From Opitutia bacterium (GTDB taxonomy: Bacteria; Verrucomicrobiota; Verrucomicrobiia; Opitutales; Opitutaceae), in NCBI GenBank assembly GCA_947478395.1, contig CANJVR010000005.1, forward strand, positions 32,001 to 96,000: a stretch of 64,000 nucleotides of DNA, in the 5' to 3' direction. Below the pieces are notes generated by a model. That model searched no databases. It was not told the origin of the DNA and saw only the letters and a list, made by a program, of their open reading frames with translations. Shown here piece by piece: positions 57,437-64,000 of the stretch. Every line of letters starts with the position of its first letter. The first letter of the stretch is position 1. The position numbers and the translations under genes are program-made.

Positions 57437-58450
57437 ATGAACCGTCGCCGTTTCCTCGCCGCCTCCACTGCGCTCGCCTCCATCGCCGCCCTGCCCCGCA
57501 CCTTCGCACAATGGCAACCGAGCCAGCGTTACCCCGATCCGTTGATTAAAATCATCGATCCGAGCTTCGCCAAATACCGGATCCCCGCGGCCAAGGTCGA
57601 ACGTATCGCCACCGGCCAGCGCTGGGCCGAGGGTCCGGTATGGTTTGGGGACGGGCGTTACCTGCTCTGGAGCGACATTCCCAACAACCGCATGATGCGC
57701 TGGGACGAGGAAACCGGCAGCGTCAGCGTTTTCCGTCAGCCGTCCAACAACTCCAACGGCAACACGCGCGATCGGCAGGGACGCCTGATCACGTGCGAGC
57801 ATCTCACGCGCCGCGTCACCCGCACCGAATACGATGGCTCGATCACGGTCATCGCGGATGGCTTCGAGGGAAAACGTTTGAATTCACCCAACGACATCGT
57901 CTGCAAATCCGATGGCTCGATCTGGTTCAGCGATCCGCCGTTCGGGGTGCTTGGCTTCTACGAAGGGGAAGTCGCCCCGCCGGAGTTGCCGACGAATGTC
58001 TATCGCTGGGACCCGTCGACGAAGCAGCTCGCCGTCGTCGCCGCCGACGTCAATCGCCCGAACGGCCTCGCGTTTTCGCCCGACGAATCGGTGCTCTATA
58101 TCATCGAAGCTGGCGTGACGCCCCGCGTCATTCGGGCCTATGACGTCGTGCAGAACGGAACGCGGATTGCGTCACCCCGAATCCACATCACGGCAGAAAT
58201 CAACGGCACGCCGGATGGCATGCGCGTGGACGTCGACGGAAACATCTGGTGCGGCTGGGGCATGGGTGCCGAAGGCCTCGACGGCGTGGCGATCTTCAAT
58301 CCCGCGGGAAAACTGATCGGCCGCATCGATCTGCCCGAACGCTGCGCCAATCTCTGTTTTGCCGGCCGGCATCGCAACCGGCTGCTCATGGCCAGCTGCA
58401 CCTCGGTCTATTCTTTGTTCGTCAATACCCAGGGCGTCGCCGGCGGCTGA
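57437..58450 (+). CDS. SMP-30/gluconolactonase family protein with Tat signal
   Basis: MNRRRFL twin-arginine; WAEGPVW, WSDIPNN, LNSPND, PNGLAFSPDE, PDGMRVD. Confidence 0.93.
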   Translation: MNRRRFLAASTALASIAALPRTFAQWQPSQRYPDPLIKIIDPSFAKYRIPAAKVERIATGQRWAEGPVWFGDGRYLLWSDIPNNRMMRWDEETGSVSVFRQPSNNSNGNTRDRQGRLITCEHLTRRVTRTEYDGSITVIADGFEGKRLNSPNDIVCKSDGSIWFSDPPFGVLGFYEGEVAPPELPTNVYRWDPSTKQLAVVAADVNRPNGLAFSPDESVLYIIEAGVTPRVIRAYDVVQNGTRIASPRIHITAEINGTPDGMRVDVDGNIWCGWGMGAEGLDGVAIFNPAGKLIGRIDLPERCANLCFAGRHRNRLLMASCTSVYSLFVNTQGVAGG

Positions 58451-58509
58451 GCGGCTGATTTCAAAAACGGCGGCCCCGTTCGCCGCGAGCCTCTAATCGC
58501 GGAAGGGTC

Positions 58510-58622
58510 GGCCACAAAGAGGCACCACCCTCTCTTCTCCCGGCGTTCCCATCGTCCACGCGCGTAGATGCGCAAAAAAGACTTCGCCGGAGCCAGCGAA
58601 ATTCTCGTGCCTTTGTGCGGCC
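58510..58622. repeat. MITE-like element (family D)
   Basis: GGCCACAAAGAGGCAC ... GTGCCTTTGTGCGGCC imperfect inverted ends; similar length and ends to 6695-6807. Confidence 0.5.
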
Positions 58623-58721
58623 AAGCATCCGATGGCTTTTTCGCTTTCGCGTGCGGCGGGAACGGACTGATTCCCCTCTTGGAGAGGGGCCACCATTGGT
58701 CGGGCCGCACTTGCGCCGAAC

Positions 58722-59915
58722 CTATTTCTTCAAGCCCGCGCAGAAACGGGCGAGACGCGTGACACCCTTCTGGATGATCTCGTCGCTCGTCGCGTAGCTG
58801 AGACGCAGGTAGCCCTCGGCGCCAAACGCCGAACCGGGGACTGCCGCGACTTTCTCGCTGTCGAGGAGACGTGCGCAAAATTCCGTATCCTTCAGGCCGA
58901 AGCTCGAAATATTCGGGAAAAGATAAAACGCGCCCTCGGCCAGCAGACACGTGATGCCGGGGATTTTGTTGAGCTCGGCGTGCAGGAATTTCCGGCGGCG
59001 GTCGAAAGCCACGAGCATCGTCTTCAACGCCGCCGCGGTCTTTTCCTTTTCCTTCAAGGCCGCGAGCGCACCGTATTGCGCGAACGTCGTGACATTCGAT
59101 GACATCTGGCTCTGCAGTTCCGAAATCGCCTTGGCGATCGGCGCCGGTGCCACCGTCGTGCCGATGCGCCAGCCCGTCATCGCGTAAGTCTTAGAGAAGC
59201 CGGCGACCACGATCGTGCGGGCCTCCGCTTCCTTGCTGAAGGTCGCCACGCACGAAGGCGTCGCGCCGTCGTAAACGAGATGTTCGTACATCTCGTCGGA
59301 AAGGATGTAGAGGTTGTGCTTGAGCGCGACCGCCACGATCGCCTCGAGTTCGCGGCGGGAATAAACCGCGCCAGTGGGATTCGACGGCGAATTGAGGATG
59401 AGCAGCTTTGTCTTCGGGGTGATGGCCGCTTCGAGTTGGGCGGGCGTCAGACGAAAACCGGAGCGATCGTCGGCGAGGACGATCTTCGGCACCGCACCGG
59501 CCAGTTTCACCATCTCGGGATAGCTCACCCAGAACGGCGCCGGCACGATCACTTCGTCGCCGGGCGAACACGTGGCCAAGACGCCGAGGTAGCACGAAAA
59601 TTTTCCGCCCGGACTGACGATCACCTGCGACGGCGCGACCTTCAAATTGTAATCGCTGCCGTAACGTTCGGCGATCGCTTGGCGCAACGGCTCGATTCCA
59701 GGCGTGGGCGCGTACTTCGTCTTGCCGGCCTTCAGCGCGGCGATGCAGGCGTCCTTGATGTGCTCCGGCGTATCGAAGTCGGGTTCACCCGCGGCGAAAC
59801 CGCACACGTCCTCACCGGCGGCCTGGAGGGCTTTGGCCTTGGCGTCGACCGCGAGGGTCGGTGAAGGCGCGACATTGAGAGCCCAGGCGGAGAGGGGAAG
59901 CGGCAGGTTGGACAT
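58722..59915 (-). CDS. aspC: Class I aminotransferase (aspartate aminotransferase-like)
   Basis: [45 protein letters not shown]. Confidence 0.9.
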   Translation of the reverse strand: MSNLPLPLSAWALNVAPSPTLAVDAKAKALQAAGEDVCGFAAGEPDFDTPEHIKDACIAALKAGKTKYAPTPGIEPLRQAIAERYGSDYNLKVAPSQVIVSPGGKFSCYLGVLATCSPGDEVIVPAPFWVSYPEMVKLAGAVPKIVLADDRSGFRLTPAQLEAAITPKTKLLILNSPSNPTGAVYSRRELEAIVAVALKHNLYILSDEMYEHLVYDGATPSCVATFSKEAEARTIVVAGFSKTYAMTGWRIGTTVAPAPIAKAISELQSQMSSNVTTFAQYGALAALKEKEKTAAALKTMLVAFDRRRKFLHAELNKIPGITCLLAEGAFYLFPNISSFGLKDTEFCARLLDSEKVAAVPGSAFGAEGYLRLSYATSDEIIQKGVTRLARFCAGLKK

Positions 59916-60140
59916 CGGCGTAAAGAGATGCCCAAAAAAGAACCGGCGCGAGCAAAGGCAAGCCCCGGTGCAAGCGGCAGGCGCTCTAATTAGAAATGGT
60001 CATCGCGGAGCGCGCCGTAGTCATCGAGTTGGATGGCTCCGTCGCTGCACGGCTTGTCGTAAAAAATCAAAACACGCCCCGCGCTAAGCCGGCAATTTTC
60101 CCGACGCGGCCGCCTTCGCCCCGCCGTTTTCGGCCTCCGC

Positions 60141-60473
60141 TCAGCGCGCGACTTTTTTCTTCGAGGCTCCGGCCGCTTTCACGGGCAGACTCTCGAGGGC
60201 CAGACGGATCAACTCGCCGACACTACCGTCGTTTTGGCGAGCGCAACGTTTCAGCAGCGTGCGCTGGGCGGCGCTCACTCGGACGGAAATCTGGCGATGG
60301 GGATCCCGATCGAATTCGCAGCTCGCGAAATCGAATTGCTCGATGGCCATGCGCACGACCTCACTGGCGGTCTTTAGGGCGTGACCTTTGCGGCAGGTTT
60401 CGATTTTCGCGATCAGCGACTCGGGGAGATCAAACGTGAGCGGGGCAGAGACCGGGGGTTTGCGCGAAGCCAT
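60141..60473 (-). CDS. Tandem ribbon-helix-helix DNA-binding protein
   Basis: Two RHH-like units: LTFDLPESL...SEVVRMAI and ISVRVSAAQ...GELIRLAL. Confidence 0.75.
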   Translation of the reverse strand: MASRKPPVSAPLTFDLPESLIAKIETCRKGHALKTASEVVRMAIEQFDFASCEFDRDPHRQISVRVSAAQRTLLKRCARQNDGSVGELIRLALESLPVKAAGASKKKVAR

Positions 60474-60683
60474 GATTGGAGCAGGAGTAAAGAAAACGAA
60501 CGGACAGATAAAGCCATAGGCACCGACGGCGCGGCAATTAAAATAAGCGAAGAGAGCGCCAAGCGAATTTTCGGGGAGCGGAACGCTTGAGCGCTTCGGC
60601 TTGGATCTGGGAAAGCCCGGTTCGCCTTCGACGCCGCCAGCGGCGGGTAAACTTCATCGCTTCCGCTTCGCGGAAAATATCAT

Positions 60684-61352
60684 TCAGGACCCGGCGCCCG
60701 ACTGTAGGCGTTGCCGAACCCAAGCGTAAGCCTCGGCCGGAGCGGCCACCATCGCGGCGGCCCGACGCTCGATTTCCGCCGCGGGTGCGCGCCCGTGCGT
60801 GATGAGTAACGTGTCGACGCTCAGATGTGCGCCACCGATTACGTCGACATCGGCATCGCCCATAAAAAGCGTGTGCGCAGGCTCAACCGCGAGGATGCGC
60901 AAGATTTCACGCAAACCCGTGGGGTCGGGCTTGTGACTGGTGAAATCATCGCCGCACACCATCGCGGAGAAGAAATCTTCCAAGCCGTGCACCGCGAGCA
61001 ACGGCAGGGTGCTGGCTCGATCGCGCCCAGTCCAAATCGCTAGTTTCATTTGCTGGCGACGCAGTTCGTTCAGCAAATCCAAAGCGCCGGGAAACAATTG
61101 GATAAGTTCCGGATGATCGGCATGAAACTGCCGCAGGCGCACCATCGCCTCCGGCACGTGCTGCGGATCAGAGATAAGCATCGGAAAAATTTTTTCCGGC
61201 GGACCGCCGAGGGCCGCAAACGTCTCCATCGTGGGCCGGCCGCCAAACGGCTCGAGTGCATGCTGGAACGCGCGCAAAACCAACGGCAGGCTGTCGAACA
61301 GCGTGCCGTCGAGATCGAAGATCACCGCCTGAATCGGTCGCCCAGGGATCAT
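60684..61352 (-). CDS. HAD-superfamily phosphatase (Gph-like)
   Basis: FDLDGTL, WTG, KPDP, MGDADVD. Confidence 0.92.
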   Translation of the reverse strand: MIPGRPIQAVIFDLDGTLFDSLPLVLRAFQHALEPFGGRPTMETFAALGGPPEKIFPMLISDPQHVPEAMVRLRQFHADHPELIQLFPGALDLLNELRRQQMKLAIWTGRDRASTLPLLAVHGLEDFFSAMVCGDDFTSHKPDPTGLREILRILAVEPAHTLFMGDADVDVIGGAHLSVDTLLITHGRAPAAEIERRAAAMVAAPAEAYAWVRQRLQSGAGS

Positions 61353-62236
61353 GGGCTGAACCCCTTGATCAGGTCGGCCCGCGGTGCCGCAATCTCATCG
61401 GCCAGCCGCCCCGGCTCGAAAATTACCGAACCCAGATCGAGATTCAACGCGGCCGCAGTCACAAGGAGACGGGTTTTGTCGTGCGTGACCTCGTTGCGGA
61501 AATCGACCGACTTCAACATCCACTGCTCGTCAATTTTCTTCAGTTCGCCCAGCGTCAGCGTGGCCAGCACCCGTCCGTCGATACCACGGCGTTCCGCCTG
61601 CATCATGGCGTTAAACTGCGTGTCGAGATAGGCGCGAACTGTGCTCGCTTCGGGATGGGCCTGCGCAAACGCCGGTGGCGATTGAAACACATAGGCGAAA
61701 GCCGGACGGCCGCGGACGCGTTCGAGGCGGGGAAGACCGGCATCCGTCCAATACAGATAAGGCATCAGCAGATCGAACGCAGAGATATCAACGCCCGGGA
61801 GGAGCGGAGCCAGCAGGCTGGCGTTACCGAGCGGGGCAGGCCGCCGGTTCACGAGCCCCCACGCCGCGGCCGTCAGACCATTCTGCAGCAACCAGCGCTG
61901 CGTCACGCCCGCCGCATCGACGAGATGCACGCGTGTGATTGCGCCCTGGTCATTATGGGAACCCCAGATTTGTCCCCGATACACTTTTTCTTCGCCCCGG
62001 CGCGGCAACGCATGCAGCTCAAACTCGAGGTAGTATTTTCCGGGGATCGCAGCTTCGCGAAATTTAGCCAGGATCTCCCGCGATTTCGCCGCGTCGGGTA
62101 GGCCGACTTGCGCCAGCTCAGGCGGTGCGGAGGCGTTGGGCGCCGCAGCCCACGAAACGCCAGCCGCGGTAGCCAGGATTATAAAGCAAAACGCCCGCCA
62201 GATTAAGGCGGGCGTCGATTCAAAAACCTTGGCCAT
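61349..62236 (-). CDS. LolA-like / outer-membrane lipoprotein-sorting domain protein
   Basis: Signal peptide; D.S.FDL, ERVRGRPA.., V...LD, KKIDEQWMLKSVDFRN...KTRL pattern. Confidence 0.6.
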   Translation of the reverse strand: MAKVFESTPALIWRAFCFIILATAAGVSWAAAPNASAPPELAQVGLPDAAKSREILAKFREAAIPGKYYLEFELHALPRRGEEKVYRGQIWGSHNDQGAITRVHLVDAAGVTQRWLLQNGLTAAAWGLVNRRPAPLGNASLLAPLLPGVDISAFDLLMPYLYWTDAGLPRLERVRGRPAFAYVFQSPPAFAQAHPEASTVRAYLDTQFNAMMQAERRGIDGRVLATLTLGELKKIDEQWMLKSVDFRNEVTHDKTRLLVTAAALNLDLGSVIFEPGRLADEIAAPRADLIKGFSP

Positions 62237-62239
62237 GGA

Positions 62240-62665
62240 TTATTTCTTCGGCGCGGGCGCTTCGCTCGACGGCGCGGGCGCGGCGGCTGAAGTTGGAGCC
62301 GCCGTGGCAGGAGCGACCGGCACGGTCATGGGCATGACCGGTATCGCGGTGACGGGAGCCGGCGCGGCGACGGGCACGTTGATCGTCGGCAGCGCGTTGT
62401 TGGAATTTACGCTCGCGTGTTTGCGTTCGTAGATGCGTCCGAGATAGAGCGCGAAGGCGAGGACGAAGAAGGCGACAGCACCATTGATGGTCGCTTTCGA
62501 AAGGACGTTGCCGGTATCCGCGCCGAACGCGGCTTCGGCCATGCCGCCGCCCATGGCCGCGCCCATGCCGCCGTCGGATTTGGCCTTCTGGGCCAGCACC
62601 ACCAGAATGAGAAACAGGGAAACGAGGATGAGGATGAACGTAAGAATACCGAGGACGATGCTCAT
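62240..62665 (-). CDS. secG: Preprotein translocase subunit SecG with Pro/Ala-rich tail
   Basis: TM1-VLAQKAKSDGGMG..MGGG..AFG..NVLSKAT-TM2; ATG 62665. Confidence 0.9.
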   Translation of the reverse strand: MSIVLGILTFILILVSLFLILVVLAQKAKSDGGMGAAMGGGMAEAAFGADTGNVLSKATINGAVAFFVLAFALYLGRIYERKHASVNSNNALPTINVPVAAPAPVTAIPVMPMTVPVAPATAAPTSAAAPAPSSEAPAPKK

Positions 62666-62810
62666 GGGAAAGGAAGAGTGAATTCGGCGAACGGGGGTTT
62701 TGTCAATGGCGGGCTTGGAGGGCCTGTCACACCCGTCGGTGCGCACCACCCCGCAGAAGTAGCGCGAGGCCTTGGCCCGCGGGCCGCAGCGGCGCGCTAC
62801 GGGAGAGAGC

Positions 62811-63761
62811 TCACGATTCCACGCCCAGCTTTTCGAGGAGACGCTGCAGGTCGTCGTTGCCGCGGTACTCGATCACGATGCGCCCCTTCTTGGGCGTGTG
62901 CAGCACCGCGACCCGGGCGCCCAGATGCGAGGTCAGTTTCTTCTCGATCCCCGCGACGGCGACCGCGTCCTGTGCGGGCAGTTTGCGCGCACGCGCGATC
63001 GGGAGCTTGGAGTTGCCCGTCGCCTTCGCGGTGTGCACGAGCTTCTCCGTCGCGCGGACGCTGAGGCCGTCCTCGATCACGCGGCGAACGAGGACCGTGC
63101 GCTGGGCCGGATCTTCGACGCCGAGCAAAACCTTGGCGTGGCCAACGCTGAGGAGACTTTTGGCGATGTAGCCCTGAATATCGGCGTCGAGCGACAGGAG
63201 CCGGAGCGAATTCGCCACGGAAGCGCGCCCCTTCCCCACCCGTTCAGCGGCGGTTTCCTGGGTGAGGTCAAAATCACGGATCAAGCTGGCGTAACCGTGG
63301 GCCTCCTCGATCGCGTTGAGCCCTTCGCGCTGCAGATTCTCGATCAGACCAAGCGCGGCCGCGGAGGCGTTACTCGCCTCGACGAGACGCGCCGGGATGG
63401 CCTTGATTTTGAGTTTTTGGAACGCACGCCAGCGGCGTTCGCCGGCGATGAGCTCAAATTTTTCACCGTGTTTGCGCACGACGATGGGCTGGAGCAGACC
63501 TTCCGCCCGGATGCTCTCGGCTAGCTCGTTGAGTTGTTCGATCGGAATCTCACGACGGGCCTGATACGGACTGGGCACGATCAGATGTACGGCAATTTCG
63601 TGGTAACCGGGCGCTCCGTTGGCGGCGACGGCCACTGGCGTCGTCGACGCGGGCGCAGCCGTAGCCGCGAGGGGCGAAGGTGCAGTAGGAGCAGCAGGTT
63701 TGGCGGCGGCAATGAGACCTCCGAGGCCACGACCGAGACGGGATTTGGGGGCAGCAGACAT
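62811..63761 (-). CDS. parB: Chromosome-partitioning protein ParB
   Basis: LGRGLGGLI, GLLQPIVVR, IAGERRWRA, LIENLQREGLNAIEEA, HTH, GHAKVLL. Confidence 0.95.
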   Translation of the reverse strand: MSAAPKSRLGRGLGGLIAAAKPAAPTAPSPLAATAAPASTTPVAVAANGAPGYHEIAVHLIVPSPYQARREIPIEQLNELAESIRAEGLLQPIVVRKHGEKFELIAGERRWRAFQKLKIKAIPARLVEASNASAAALGLIENLQREGLNAIEEAHGYASLIRDFDLTQETAAERVGKGRASVANSLRLLSLDADIQGYIAKSLLSVGHAKVLLGVEDPAQRTVLVRRVIEDGLSVRATEKLVHTAKATGNSKLPIARARKLPAQDAVAVAGIEKKLTSHLGARVAVLHTPKKGRIVIEYRGNDDLQRLLEKLGVES

Positions 63762-63762
63762 T

Positions 63763-63999
63763 TTATTTGGCAGCAGGAGTCGGAGCAGAGACAGGGACGA
63801 TGAGGGTTTGGCCGGGCTGGATCCGCGAGGGATCGGAAATCTTGTTGGCGTTGATGATGTCCGCCTGTTTCGCGCCGGTCTTCTTGGCGATCAAGGCGAG
63901 CGAGTCACCTTTTTGCACTGTGTAACTGACGCTATCCTTGGGAAAATCATTGGTGAATGTCGGGGCCGCAGCGGGAACCGTCGGGCGGGTGGCTTGGAC
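63763..63999 (-). CDS. LysM-domain protein, 3' end only (not in ORF track)
   Basis: Manual translation: ...YTVQKGDSLALIAKKTGAKQADIINANKISDPSRIQPGQTLIVP...AAK*. Confidence 0.88.
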   Translation of the reverse strand, partial: VQATRPTVPAAAPTFTNDFPKDSVSYTVQKGDSLALIAKKTGAKQADIINANKISDPSRIQPGQTLIVPVSAPTPAAK

Positions 64000-64000
64000 C

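Noticed and set aside
63766..63810. Apparent purine-rich periodic repeat upstream of parB
   Set aside because: It is the coding 3' end of the LysM gene on the minus strand

Overview
High-GC bacterial chromosomal segment. Gene content, pyrimidine-rich non-Shine-Dalgarno leaders and lineage-type hypothetical proteins suggest Verrucomicrobiota (Opitutaceae-like); this is an inference. From left to right it holds: a glycosyltransferase cluster around a serine-palmitoyltransferase-like enzyme; birA followed by a GldA/F/G-like ABC system, a DUF4340 protein and an AsmA-like protein; a ferritin-like gene and a sugar ABC transporter; and an extended phosphate region. That region comprises DUF47-pit, three uncharacterised exported proteins (two are LTxxQ helical-repeat paralogs), porin-pstSCAB-phoU-phoB-phoR, EIIA-CLC, SNF2, and a GT4/MGDG-synthase/DAG-kinase/PlcP-like operon. 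Further right are yoaK, waaA, an M16 protease, several hydrolases, an aminotransferase, secG, parB and a partial LysM gene. I recognised no rRNA, tRNA, CRISPR array, transposase or integrase. Most notable signals: (1) matching 11-bp-period Pho boxes upstream of both the pst operon and the lipid-remodelling operon; (2) a yoaK gene bracketed by nested direct and inverted REP-like repeats; (3) palindromic DNA elements inserted in frame in the MGDG-synthase gene, including an exact 21-bp inverted pair; (4) several families of dispersed short palindromic or heptameric repeats; (5) an ORF6N gene with an in-frame amber codon and a perfect internal palindrome. Several start codons were re-assigned from the ORF track. 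All product calls come from motif recognition, not database searches.
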